64,000 nucleotides of DNA from Octopus vulgaris. Taxonomy: Eukaryota. A model generated the notes under the pieces. The model had not been told where the DNA came from. It did no database searches and saw nothing but the letters and a program-made list of their open reading frames with translations. Every line of letters starts with the position of its first letter. Within the stretch, counting starts at the first letter, position 1. The position numbers and the translations under genes were made by a program. Positions 25,483 through 39,193 of this stretch are shown in pieces. Location of the stretch: contig OX597823.1 of the NCBI GenBank assembly GCA_951406725.2, forward strand, positions 69,564,001 through 69,628,000, in the 5' to 3' direction.

Positions 25483-26863
25483 TAGCTATTTTCGGCTTAA
25501 AGGAGTGTATGTGTGCTAAAAATCTTAGTTTAAAATTAACGGAGCGCCCTATATATACCATACTATGTGAACGATTAGTTAATGTAACCATGCATTTGTA
25601 TATTACGTTAAATCTTCTACAGTTGCCTACAAAGCATAATTATTTATTTTTACATGAAGAGTTTTTATTTTTATTTTTATTTTCCTGTTCAGATGAATAG
25701 TGCTTACTATTATTATGATTATTTGTGATGTATGGTATTATTATTGAATTTATTGTAGTATTATTTATCGTAGAGTTAGATACATTTATTGTTTGTGAAT
25801 TATTATTTTTATATTTATTAGCTTGTAGTGATGTATAATCTACGGCATTTCGTATATTTTCAAATGTATGGGAGTTAGAATTTTGCTGGGGTTTTGTTAT
25901 ATCAATGTTATTGTTAGGTGTTCCAGGATTTTGAGTATTATATATACTCATATAGCTACTTCTTATCTTGTTATTATTATTACATCTGCTTTTATATTTG
26001 TTAATTTTTCTTTTATTAGAACAGGCGATAATAGATCCTATGTTTAGTGTAGTAGAGAAGGATATTTTAATTGATGATCTATTAAATATGTGGCGATACT
26101 TATGATTCCTAGGGAAAGCTTTTTTAAAACTCTACTTAAAACCTTTTATGCTAAACCCTTAACATTTAATAAAAATGGTGGTGTGTACCATATAATTTTT
26201 CTCTTTCCTCTCCTATTAGGCAGTTTATCACATTTATATATTGATTTTGGGACTTTATATTTTTCACTGAGTTTTTATTGTTATTATTATATTTAGTTCT
26301 TTGCCTATCATTATTTTCTTTAGGTTTTTTATTGTATTGTGTAGAAGTTTCCTCATTTTGTATTCATTGTGTATTATTGTTATAGTTAAGGTGATCTTTC
26401 TTTCTTATTTTAGTATCACATACAGTTTTGTTTAATTCCATTTGTGCTATGTAAATTTTTAGTTTAGTATCCTTTATGTATTTAATATTTTGTTTGAATC
26501 CACTAGCAGCTAAAGCCTGATTGTAATAATTGCCATGATTATTAAAAATTTCTCCATTATGAGATAGGTCAGATATTCTAATAGATATACTATTCACGAT
26601 ACTTTTAAGTAATGATATATGATGATATGAATTATTTATATATTTAAAATATTCATTAGGTTTATGAAATGGAGAGTAGATTGAATTATTAAGGTCTAAA
26701 GTTACGTCTAAAAAGATTTGCTTTCGAATAACTTTCCTCGAATGTGATAGATAAACCAAAATTTAATAGTATTAATACTTTGATACAATAGAGCATTCAA
26801 TGTAAATTCAGAATATAATATTCTCATTGAATATATTTAACTAAAGATTTATATATATATATG

Positions 26864-26899
<36 letters not shown>

Positions 26900-26901
<2 letters not shown>

Positions 26902-27104
26902 TTTCTTTTATTTGTTTCAGTCAGTCGACTGCAGCCATACTGGACCACTGCCTTTAGTCGAACAAATCGACCCCAAGACTTATACTTTGTAAGCCTAGTA
27001 TTTATTCTAGCGGTCTCTTTTGCCGAACTGCTAAGTTACGGGGGCGTAAACACACCAGCTTCAGTTGTCAAGCGATGATGAGGGACAAACGCAGGCATGC
27101 AAAC

Positions 27105-27189
<85 letters not shown>

Positions 27190-27350
27190 TGTGTGTGTAT
27201 GTGTGTGTGTGTGCATATATACGACGGGCGTCTTTCAGTTTCCGTCTATCAATTCCATCCACAAGGTTTTGGTCGGTCCGAGGCTGTAGTATAAGACACT
27301 TGCCCAAGGTTGGTAAGCAAGCTACTTACCATAGAGCCACTCCTGCGCCT
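26900..27350 (-). mobile_element. SINE family B with internal (TA)(TG) microsatellite
   Basis: Tail tttcagtcagtcgactgcagccatactgg through head cactcctgcgcct. Confidence 0.9.
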
Positions 27351-27384
27351 ATATATATAAATACTTATATATTTGAGTCCGTAT

Positions 27385-27605
27385 CTATGTTTGTCTCCCC
27401 ACCCACGCTTTACAACTGATATTGATGTGATTCCGTCCTCGCAATTACCATAATTTAGCGGTTCGGCATCGGTGACCGATTAAATAAGTAGTAGGCTTAC
27501 AAAGAATAACGCTGGGGGTCGATTTGTTCGACTAAAACCCCTTAAGGCGGTGCTCCACCATGGACTCAGTCAAATGACTGAAACAAGTTAATCAATAAAA
27601 GAATA
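27385..27605 (+). mobile_element. SINE family B 3' half
   Basis: ttagcggttcggc...ggggtcgatttgttcgactaa...aaggcggtgctcc...cagtcaaatgactgaaacaag. Confidence 0.9.
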
Positions 27606-27660
27606 TATGAGTAATGCTTTCTAAACACTATAGAAAATGTTTCAAAATAGCTGCATGCAT

Positions 27661-27855
27661 TTAGGAGGGGCGGGGGCTTAAAAGTTCCTGACTTTAAGGG
27701 TATCGCGAAAGACTTGATTGGAGGCCCAATCTTCGGAGTTTCTTACAGGGCTCAGAAAAGCTGAATGACCGCTGCAATAAGTGTTTAATTCTGATTGGTT
27801 AATATGTTGAGTAAGCTCAATATTAACTGATCTTCCTGTATTTTCTCATACCCAA
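27661..27855 (+). mobile_element. Internally deleted mariner-like fragment
   Basis: TIR-like gagggg...aaaagttcctgac followed by DRCNKCL.LIG*YVE* (mariner C-terminus). Confidence 0.6.
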
Positions 27856-28208
27856 TGGCGCGGTGTGTTTCCGTGTGTATGCGTGTATCTGTTTGTGGTG
27901 TGAACTCTCTACACTACATTTAATTTCTCTAAACAAAGTTCCCTTCATTTGCAATGATCAACGAACAATTAAACGCTGCCCCATTTTGTTAAATCTGAAA
28001 AATTTCCAAAAATGAATAAGTAAATATAGAAAATAGGATTATATTTCCTTTAATCTACTTTACCTTATCAATGATATTTGTTTCTGCGTTGACAGAGTAA
28101 AAGTATCTCGTGAATTTTAGTTATACATATATTAGTGTCCAGTGTTTGATACAGAAACGATTGCGTGCAGTTGTTACGGGTAGGGAAGAGAAACAGTGCT
28201 GCATTTAA

Positions 28209-28575
28209 GGCGGCGAACTGGCAAAAGCTTTAGCACGCCGGGTGAAATACTCAGCGGTATTTCTTCTGTCGCTACGTTCTGAGTTCAAATTCCGCCGAGG
28301 TCGGCTTTGCCTTTCATCCTTTCGGGGTCAATTAAATAAGTACCAGTTACGCACTGGGGTCGATATAATCGACTTAATCCGTTTGTCTCCTTGTTTGTCC
28401 TCTCTGTGTTTAGCCCCTTGTGGATAGTAAAGAAATAGGTATTTCGTCTGCCGTTACGTTCTGAGTTCATCCTTTCGGGGTCGATAAATTTTAAGTACCA
28501 GTTACGTAATCCCTTTGTCTGTCGTTGTTTGTCCCTTCTACGTTTAGCCCCCTGTGGGCATTAAAGAAATAAGGG
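28209..28575 (+). mobile_element. SINE family A with partial tandem second copy
   Basis: Full copy to about 28437, then a restart at ggtatttcgtctgccgttacg with a second tail 1. Confidence 0.9.
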
Positions 28576-29284
28576 ACAAGTTTATACACCTCACCGGAAT
28601 AATGCTGCATAACGAGGTGGGGAAACTCTACAGTATCCAACACTGAATTAAATTTATGAGTGGTACTGTATACGTAACAATAAGACACGCATGGGCTCCA
28701 CAAAGTACACCTTAATTCGTACAAATAACATAATACTTTTTTTTCATAGATATAATACTTTCGTTTCTCTCGTACTTAAGTATACATACATCGAAGCATA
28801 CATACATAAAAACACAAACATGTATATATACATGCATATATGTGTGAACTTGAGAGTACGCGTGTGTGCGCATATATATATGTACATGTATATAGATGTA
28901 AAACAGATTAATCTGACACAAAACACCAATGGCCACGCATTAGGTAAGCATAGAAATTATTTAGTAAACAGCAGTAATAGATTTTGGCTTGAAAATAACT
29001 ATTACATCCAAAGCGGGTTTTGTACATTTCTGGGATATCATTCAGAACGTACCCTAGAGAAATAAATGCTTTATATCAAACAGAACGAAAGACGCATGTA
29101 TATTAATATACATTTCATCCACCTGCCTAAGATGCATTATAATATAAATGTAAACGGATATAAAGGTAAGATTAAGTATTTCTTTAAACGCTTATTATCT
29201 AATAACAGGAAAACTCTCATTCATATATATTGTCTGTTTTTCCTTTCCTTATCAATAATAAACCTAACATAGGCAAATATTTCA

Positions 29285-29504
29285 TAACTATTAGAAATAT
29301 TTCACCGTTTTCCTGCGTATAGGAAATAACTTAAAAGAAATTACTTTAAACTAAACGATAGATGTGCGTCACGAATATTATACAAATACTTCTTAGCTAT
29401 AAGAAATATTTCACTGTTTTCCCGTGTTATAAGAAAATAATTTAACAGAAATAACTTGAGACTAAACTATAAACGTGTATCACAGCTATTATGCACTTAA
29501 CTCC
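29285..29504. repeat. Diverged tandem duplication, unit about 109 bp
   Basis: taactattagaaatatttcaccgttttcc versus tagctataagaaatatttcactgttttcc, collinear across the unit. Confidence 0.85.
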
Positions 29505-30238
29505 AAGTAACCCGAAAAAATAACTGAGCTAAACCGCGCATACAGAAAAAGTGCTTAAGTTCTCTAAACCAATTATCTTAGGCTTAAGTAATTACTTATA
29601 TGTGAGTGGTCATCTACACATAAATAAGCCTAGATATCAAGTACAAACCTGATGTCGGTATGGTAGTGGATAAACGTAAGAAGTGGCATTCAAACAGTGG
29701 TTCTTCCTTGAGGAACAAATGAAAGAGGAATGCGACCAAATTATGCAACTATTACTGTGTATTGAAAGGAAACAGTGCTGCATTTTATATCAACTGGAAG
29801 ATAATTACATGTAAGCTACGCACAAATGTACCTAAAATGTAAAAATTGCGTAAACTGAGAAATATGTAATACTCAATAGCATTGATAAAGGAGTATATTA
29901 TAAAAATGTGAGATCAGAGATTCACTTCGGGAAATTCTTTCCTTCTGTTTGGAATTGTATAAAACTATAGACCAGAATGGATCTATCAAATAGCGACATA
30001 CCACGAAAACTTGCACACTCACCTAATTTCTTCATGCACTTGTTGTATCTTTAAAGAAACAATTTAACTACAGCTGTTTGGCAGAGATTTATGCTGAAGT
30101 TTGATATCTGAAACTGCCCTGTTTCGAAGTAAATGCATTTTCTCTTGGTATAGATTCATCATATTTGTGCTTGCATATATAATAATACTGTGTATATATG
30201 GTGCATATATATTTCTGTGCATATATGGTGTATATATA

Positions 30239-30466
30239 TTTCTTTATTACCCACAAGGGGCTAAACATAGAGGGGACGAACAAAGACAGACAAAGGTATT
30301 AAGTCGATTGCATCGACCCCAGTGTGTAACTGGTACTTAATTTATCGACTCCGAAAGGATGAATGGCAAAGTCGACCTCGGCGGAATTTGAACTCAGAAC
30401 GTAACGGCAGACGAAATACCGCTAAGCATCTCGCCCGACGTACTAACGTTTCTGTCAGCTCACCGT
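30239..30466 (-). mobile_element. SINE family A (tail 1)
   Basis: Reverse complement of 14199-14430. Confidence 0.95.
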
Positions 30467-31590
30467 TTTTGTACGTGTCGTTCACAAAGGTTTTTTCAAA
30501 CGAAAGAACATAAGCATAAACGTCCCCTTCAAACTTTTATTTCGTATTTAAAAAGAAAAAATATTCAGACTGTAAATATTCTAAAGAAAACTAAGCTCGA
30601 CTTACCAACTGATCATCGGAAATGAAATCATTCCTAGCATTCATGTTTAATACTAGTATCTATTCGATTGGAACATTTTTCTGAACCGCTGGGTTACGGG
30701 AACGTAAACAAACCAATACCCGTTGACAATCTTGTGCCAAATATTCCGCACCTAGAAATGTAAATCATTTCTTGACGAATTATGTCGCATTGTGAGAATT
30801 TTCCAAAAATATGTGATCAGTATTGGAACATTTCATGTTATTGAAAATTTTACAATACTTAACATCCTCAGCATATTTGTTCTGTAATTATTTTATGTAA
30901 GGAACTTTCGGTGTTGTAAGAGAGTTCATTCATTAATGAAAGCTTGATCTTATTGAGATGAATATGCGTAATCAACTGAATTTGTCCAATGCAGGGCTGA
31001 TGTAATGTTGTGGTGAATTCCAGTCAACTTGCTGTCAATTTACCTTCAAGAAACAAAATACCGAGGTCGATTTTATCGATTATATAATTCCTCACATTGG
31101 AGATGTCGTAGATATGATATAAATCGATATCATATTTCGTTATTCTATAGCACTAATTCGGTCATGTTCGAGCCGGTATGTCATTATGCACTGCGTCAGT
31201 CTATTTTTAAGACGATACGTACTGGTTTGTGGGAGATTTGGCTTCTATTTCTAGTATATCAATCTATTATCTACAGCCTCTTTTGTAAACTCATTACATA
31301 ATTGATTCTATATGCGAGGGAGTATTAAGTCCATTCCAGTTGAAACTGAACTCAGAACAGCTAGAGATGAAACTAAATAAAGCTAATATAAGCTATTTCA
31401 TCCAAACTTTCTGTAACGTATTGAATATTCTTCCTTCATTCGTTCAACATGATTCAACGTTATCGCGCGTGTGCTGTGAATATATATATGCGTGTGTGTG
31501 TGTGTGTATGTATGTATGTAGGTATGTATGTATGTAGGTAGGTAGGTAGTTAGGTAGGTAGGTAGGTAGGTAGGTAGGTAGGTAGGTATG

Positions 31591-31625
<35 letters not shown>

Positions 31626-32429
31626 ACATTATATGTATGTCTATATGAAAATATGACCACCTTCCATACAGTTTCCGTCAACCGAATTCAGTCACAAAGC
31701 ATTGTTCGTCTCAGGGCTACAGTAGACATTTGCTGAAGGTGTTGCATAGTAGAACAGAACCCGAAGCTATGTGACTGCGTAGCTAACTTCTTAACAATTC
31801 AGTCATGTCTGATACTAAATGAACTCTACATGTGAGTCACGATTGTCTCACGCATTGTGAAATACTGACTCACTCTGACGATTACATTCAACAGTACACT
31901 TGTCCGTGAAATACTGAGCAATTTGCTCTATATTGCAATAAGTAGGTAGTTCATTTACTCAAACAACTGAACTATTCCTAGTTGAAACAGACGGGGTTTC
32001 ATTCATATAAAACAGAAATGTTATACAAAACTTCTCACTGGTGTAGATTTCTGTTTTCAGTCATACACTGTGATGTTTGCCAAATATCTGAAACCAATAA
32101 AAGAGGGTAACCGACGTATCTTCCTTTATTCTTTTACTAGTTTCATGTCACAGGATCGTGGTCATCCTGGAGCACTGCTTTGAACGGTTTAGTTGACGAA
32201 ATTGATCCTAGTATTTATGTTTGATATAAGTATTTCATCTATCGGTCTATTTCGATCAAACTGCAAACAAATACATGTTGTCAAGTAGTGGGAGACAAAC
32301 ACAAACACATACACATCTGTACATATTCCTTAATCTTGGGACTATAGTAGAAGACACTAAACAGGAAGTGAGTGAGTTGAATTGAACCCTTCTATTAAAA
32401 TGGTAAGATAAAACTTGATTGAGATTTGC

Positions 32430-34315
32430 TGAAACTTCTAGTCGACGATAAGGAGAACTTCGCAATAATTTTCCAATGGTGTGACGCACCTTGGTATTGT
32501 AGAAACGCAGTGAAATCAATTACAGAAATTGGAAAGATTTATAAAGTTTATAAAACGACAGGCTCTACAGTGGAGAAACTGGGAAAATTATCACGCTCAA
32601 TTTACAATACAGGACAGGAATTATTAGGAGTGAAAGAGATATCCGATTAGCGAAAGAAAAGTGTAGACAAAGCAGGAGGATCAAGAAAATAAAACAGTTG
32701 AGGAAGGAAAAGACCAGCCTAAGAAAGTGATGGAAATATGCTACAGAAGATGAAAAACCTGGCCTCGCGCTGTTGTATGACGATTTGAAAAGGAAATGTT
32801 GTTATGTGCAACGACATATCCGCCGATATGAGCGTCGAAAGGAGAGTAAAAGGACTTGGGGGCAGTTTCTGAGGGACCAGTACGGGTTTACTAAGAAGCT
32901 GTTCATGGAGCCGAAGAGTGGCTCTTTATTGTGCACAAAAGACGAATTGCACGCTCATATCAAAGAAAGAAAAAGCGCACCAGCCCCTGCCACCTCTACA
33001 TGGGTTAAATCATGTCTCAGAACCTGATATCGAACTCCAAATTGAGGACATCAGGGAGAAGAGGTGAATGATTTCGTGAGAAAAGCTAGAGCAAAAGTGA
33101 CCCAGGAAGTGATGGCGTCTCATATGAAGTTTATAAATATTGCAATCGTCTGCGAAAGAAGCTCTTTGTCCTACTCCGGCAGCTGTGGCGCGAAGAGACT
33201 CTAGTAGAGGATTAGTGTAAGGCAGGTGGTATATACCTGCCGAAGGAGGCCAATGCAGAGACTATAAAACAGTTTAAACCGATATCTTTATTAAATGTGG
33301 AAGGTAAGATCTTTATGGGAATCTTTCGAGGAGAACAGTGACATATTTACAGAATAACGGATATGTTGATGAATCTGTTCAAAAGGTCAGAATCCCCGGG
33401 ATCCCTGGATCCGTTGAACACTGTTTTCGATTTGGAAAGCGATCCAGGATGCCAAACAGAACAAGAGAAATCTGATCGTGGTATGGCTTGACCTAGCTAA
33501 TGCATATGGCTCAGTGCCACACGAATTACTGATGAGAGCCATGGACCACTTCCACATTCCAGACAAAGTGATCAAAATAATGGGGACGTATTATGACAGT
33601 TTCGAAATGAGGTTTACAGCTAGAGATTTTACAACAGATTTGCACCGATTGGAGATTGGCATTGCTGCTGGCTGTACAATATCTGTCACGGGATTTATCT
33701 TAGTCGTGGAGATGATTTTGGAAGCTGTGGATTTTTCGGAACAAATCGCCCATGTACAACCGCCTAAGAAAACCTTGATGGATGACGTGACACTTCTAGC
33801 TTCAGATAAACAAATCATGCAGAATGCCCTCTTGGGATTAGACGAACTAGTGAGGTGGTCAAAGATAAGGTTTAGAGCAAACAGACATTTATTAAGGAAA
33901 TGCAGAAATAATTTCAGTTTCGAATAGCGGAAGAAAGCATTCCAGCAGTCAAAGTAGAACCAGTCAAGAGCTTGGGGCGAGTACACGCTGGAACATTGTC
34001 AGATAGAGTTGCGGGATTGAAATTATGAAACAGGCCGAGGCTGGATTATCAGTGATTGATAACTCGAAGTTACCAGGTAACTATAAAATTTGGTGCTTGC
34101 AGTTCGGCTTGTACCCATGACTTTCGTGGCTACTTTTAATATACGAGGTAGCCTTGTCACGAGTTCAGATCATTGAAAAAAAATGTAATGTGTTCATTAG
34201 AAAGTGGCTAGGCCTACCTCGGATGTTGAACAGTTCAGCTCTTTATCGTAAAAGAGGTTCGTTGCAGTTATCACTAGCGTCAATATGTAAACTGGGGAAG
34301 ATACGGACATGGTTA
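32430..34315 (+). mobile_element. Decayed Hero/NeSL-like non-LTR retrotransposon (RT region)
   Basis: FKPISLLNVEGKIF; VWLDLANAYGSVPH; GIAAGCTIS; LMDDVTL; LPGNYKIWCLQFGLYP; IRKWLGLPR. Multiple stops and frameshifts. Confidence 0.9.
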
Positions 34316-35626
34316 TTAGTACATGGTTATTATCTCCCCTTTCCACAAATATCTCATTGAATATTGATTTCTCATATTGGTTCAAGGCCACATGTTTGGG
34401 TGAAGACACACTGACATAGAAAAAAAGCACAAGGCCTTATATTTTGGAGGAAGGCGTAGTCGACTATATATATATGTGTGTTTGTATGTGTATGTGTGTG
34501 TGCGTGTGTGTGTAAAATATTCATGTGAAAGCATAAATAAGATGAATCCTTACCAAGAGAAAATGCATTTATTTCGAAACAGAACCGTTTCAGGTGTTAG
34601 ACTTAAGCATGGATCTCTGCCAAACAGCTCTTGTTAATTTGTTTCGTTAAAGATATAAGAAGCGCATGAAGAAATAGGGACATTTCTAATAACAGATGGA
34701 CTTTTCTCGCTATTACATGGCAGGAAATCAATTTGAAAAAAGACAGAAATGAAGAATGGCTTTGTTTCGCTTTCCTTTTTCTTCCTTTTTTTTTCTTTTT
34801 TTGCTTCGAAATGTAAAATGCTGATAGAGAAAACAAATAGAATGATAATTTTTTCTGTTTGTTTTGTTTTTTTTCTTTTGTTTGTTTTACATTTTTCAGC
34901 TTGTAGCGTTTTCGTATTATATTTCTAACAGCTGTAAAAAAAATGCGAAAAACAATCCTGGTTAAATAATTCCTTCATGATGCTTGTTGTAATAACCGAT
35001 TTACATGTTCTGCTACGAAGCCAAAATTCTGAGGTAATGAAATATATATATATAGTTTCATATTACTACGATGTAACAATATTCCTTTTGATTGAATGTT
35101 TTCCACAGCAGAAAAGAAGTTCTGAAATACTAAATAGCCAAGGTTTTAAAAAAATGAAATTATCAAAAGCTTATTCTTTATATAGAAATACACAGCCAGG
35201 TGTGGGTTATTAACAAAGTTTTGAAAATATTAAAAGTGACGATATTAGAATTTCCATTTAGATGGTGATTTGTAAGAAACAGCCAGCCATCCGCGCCATT
35301 AATTTCTACAAATGTCTTTTTAAAGTTCAAATAAAGCTGCGAGTGTCCTTGTTAATCATTTGTCTGCTGAGTCAAAAAGACGCATACCACTTATATTCTT
35401 GCATTTATTCTAAGAATTCTTCTTCTTCCACTGCAATATTAGAATCCTACCGAAAGGGAAGAAATGTACGAACTTTTATGCCTTTATTTATGTATTAAAT
35501 ACATTAGTTAACAGCTGTATTGTGTGATATAACGGGATAAAACCGGACTGAAGGCAACTCATGTACGACATACAGTTGAATAATAGCGCAAACCCGTTCT
35601 TCTATTATTTTACTGACAAAATATTT

Positions 35627-36200
35627 ATTTCTTTATTGCCGACAGGGGGGCTAAACATAGAGGAGGCAATCAAGGACAAACAAAGGGATTAAATCGATTA
35701 CTTCGATGCCAGTGCGTAACTGTTACTCAATTTATCGGCCACGAAAGAATGAGAGGCAAAGTCGATCTCGGCGGAATTTCTTTACTACCCACAAGGGGCT
35801 AAACACAGAGAGGACAAACAAGGACAGACAAACGGATTAAGTTGATTATATCGACCCCAGTGCGTAACTGGTCCTTAATTTATCGACCCCGGAAGGATGA
35901 AAGGCAAAGTCGACCTCGGCGGAATTTGAACTCAGAACGTAACGGCAGACGAAATACCGCATAGCATTTCGCCCGGCGTCCTAATGATTCTGCCACCTCT
36001 CTGCCCTGTTACTTACAAAATATTGGCTTCAAATTTCGGCACAAAGACAGTAATTGGTGCGTATTTTATCGACCATGAAAGGATGAAAGTCGATCTTCAC
36101 GATCAACTTCGAAGTCGATTTGAACTCAGAACATAAATACGGACGAAGTACCATAAAGCATTTGGCCGGGAAGCTAACTGTTCTGCTAACTCACGCCTTA
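35627..36200 (-). mobile_element. Three nested/tandem SINE family A copies
   Basis: Tail-1 copies at about 35627-35779 and 35776-36005; an older copy at about 36025-36200. Confidence 0.9.
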
Positions 36201-37625
36201 TTTTACTGACAAAAAATATCTTAACATATTAAATACTGAATAAAGGGCAACAGATTAAAAATTTAGTTTTAACCCAGCTCTCTCACGTCCAGATCAACAA
36301 CTATATTAAATATAGCCTCTTTGTTTTAAAATTTTTCTTTATTAACCACTAAATAACAGTAAACAAAAAAAAATCTATTTGAATACAACTCGGTCAAAAG
36401 AAAAATGTAAATTTTTGACACATTTTATTCACGAAGAAAATTGTTATAATGTACCGTCCTAATCATAGTAAATCTGGTCTTCAAAAAATGAAAATTCTTA
36501 TTATGCCCAACTCTTTCTCTTGATATCCTAAGCGTTCTTATTTTGCTTTGTACCACGGAGTGCACATGCAATATAATCTCTTGTCAAAAAGATTCCAAAT
36601 ACATTTTCGTTTTGAAAGGAAAATATGTCACATATATTTCTTAGTCCTCTGTCTTATAAAGTCTTTAAGAGAAGATAAATGATTTTTGTAAGAACATGTA
36701 GAATAAGTTCTCATATTGGCACTGTTGTTTTTATAGTTGTTGTTTAGATCGGAGCCTCTAATTTAGCACACCTATCATAACGATCACATTTCACTTTCAA
36801 GATTTCACAATCTGCTGTGTACTTCTCCTTTTAAAATAGTGAGGTATGATACGAGAGAGGGGGATGGCACACGTGAATAAGTTTTGTTAAGAAATTAGAC
36901 CGATATTCAACTATCTCAGCTTCTAACACTTGCAGTCATTCTAGAATTATGAATGATATGATTTCTCATATGGACAGAATCCTATGTCAAAATGCGGGAT
37001 CAAGTCTTATCAAAGTCGATTACATCGGATCAGTACTTTGGGTGATACGTAATTTTAACGACTCCAGAAAGATGGGAGTCAAAGTCAATCCCAGCAGGAT
37101 TTGAACACAGGACATATTAGGATGGGACTAAACTTCGCAAGCCATTTTATTCGAAGCATTACTCATTGTAATGCCGCCTTTTTTTTTTCTGGTGTTCTAC
37201 CACATCTATCAATCTACCACCATTTTGTTTGACATTTTACGATTTTATTAATATATGTTAGATTTGAGAATAATAATAATAATGTGGATATTTTGGTTAG
37301 CTAACAGTTTTCCAGACAAGTGTTGAAACAGAACTTTTGCTCAATGAAATTGCTGCAGTAAAGACAGTTAAAGAAAAATAATGTCTGAAAATATGTTCGT
37401 AATTAATTCTGAAACAGCAACTTTTCCCGAGTATTATATGCATTACATTAGAAGTTGGGTATTGAATTAGATATTAAATATACATGTGCCTCCGGAGAGA
37501 AATTTCATATGATACGATAATACAGCAATAAAGCTATTATTGTTATGATCAGCATGAAATGATAGTTTTTCATTAAATGATAATCTTTCAAATATTTTCA
37601 CAATCAAATAAAGAAACTATTACTG

Positions 37626-37809
<184 letters not shown>

Positions 37810-38208
37810 CATCATTACTTGCGTCCAACGTTGCACAATCATCAAAATATGAGAGACAAACATCGGTTTAGTTCAATCTACCGATACATTTTGAATTTGT
37901 AATATTGACTGAACTTCCAAACATTTCGCAATGCTATTGATTTTGTAATCATAAAATAAATATAGAAAAAATGAATATAAACATTTAGAGAAAATTGTAT
38001 ATAAAAATCCCACAAAACAAAAAAAACTTGTGTATAAATCATATACAACACTTGAATTTAATGTTAAGCTTCAATTTGCTTTATTGTTCCGTGGTTTAAT
38101 GTCGGTAACATCGAAATAGTCGAACACGAAACAGCGTTACCTTACAGTATATAGGCTTTTTTCATATACATTCGGCTCCCACCTAACATTTCGTATCTGT
38201 TTCTATTC

Positions 38209-38299
<91 letters not shown>

Positions 38300-38320
38300 G
38301 ACAGAGACAGAGACAGAGAC

Positions 38321-38357
<37 letters not shown>

Positions 38358-38557
38358 GTAGTGGTACAACAAGGCACCAATGTTTACTGGAAGTAGCAGT
38401 CGATAAATTTTTGACGCTATAGTAAATCTTCACTGTGTATATACTAGCAAAGACGTGTAAGGGCAGCGAACATAAAAAATTACGTCTTACCTCTAGGAAG
38501 AACATGAGATAAATGGACAACCCCGAATCGGATAATCCAGTACCTAGGTTTCGTGTA

Positions 38558-38595
<38 letters not shown>

Positions 38596-38600
38596 TACAT

Positions 38601-38860
38601 ATGCGGGGGTACCCTAAAGAAACCAGAAGTTTGCAATATTGTTTTAGTCACTTTGTTTTACATGTTTACACTTGTATCACCTTCAAAATATTCTCCATTT
38701 GAAGCAAAGCATCGGCCCTGGCTCGTTTTCCACTCTTCGAAGTAGTGCTGGAAATCATGCAAATTGATGCCTTATAACGCCTCCGTCTTTCAAGAGTCGA
38801 CCAGCACGTTGGAATGTAACTTCTTTCTGAAAATGCTTCCCCGATGAAATACTCAATTAA
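38601..38860 (-). mobile_element. mariner 3' remnant with TIR
   Basis: Minus translation DFQHYFEEWK...RCFASNGEYFEGD; terminal gcgggggtaccctaaagaaacc is TIR-like. Confidence 0.75.
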
Positions 38861-39025
38861 CAAATTTCTAAATGAAGTTTTTAATTAATTTAATTTAATT
38901 TAATTTAATTTCTCTATGGAAACGAATGTAGGGATAAGAATTTCATATTACATTGATTTGAGTATCTTTGAATAAACTGATGTCTATACGTCAATTTCTC
39001 CATTTTGTTTTTTTATCTCATTCAC

Positions 39026-39026
<1 letters not shown>

Positions 39027-39060
<34 letters not shown>

Positions 39061-39193
39061 TGTATGTATGTATGTATGTATGTTTGTATGTATGTATGTA
39101 TGTGTGTGTATGTATGTATGTATGTATGTGTGTGTACGTATCTATGTATGTATGTATGTATGTATGTATGTATGTATGTATGTATGTATGTAT
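39027..39193. repeat. (TATG)n microsatellite
   Basis: Direct inspection. Confidence 0.95.

Larger units (their letters stand above)
23960..26760 (-). mobile_element. Decayed Penelope-like element (RT thumb, linker, GIY-YIG, pLTR)
   Basis: FLDVTLDL...PFHKPN...RISDLS...ALAASGF (26364-26759); KIIWYTPPF and HIFNRSSIKISFS (about 26040-26200); VYIGRS..RFLAHIHSFK (about 25500-25560); TSLATYIHKLK...WSII...CRLCMKE (24845-25075). Confidence 0.9.

Noticed and set aside
38085-38127. Hammerhead-like tgttc...gaaatagtc gaaca
   Set aside because: A stem I match exists but there is no recognisable core.
38536-38556. Hammerhead 3' half on the minus strand (GAAAC ctag GTA)
   Set aside because: The CUGANGA half is absent, replaced by a TA microsatellite; at most a truncated relic.
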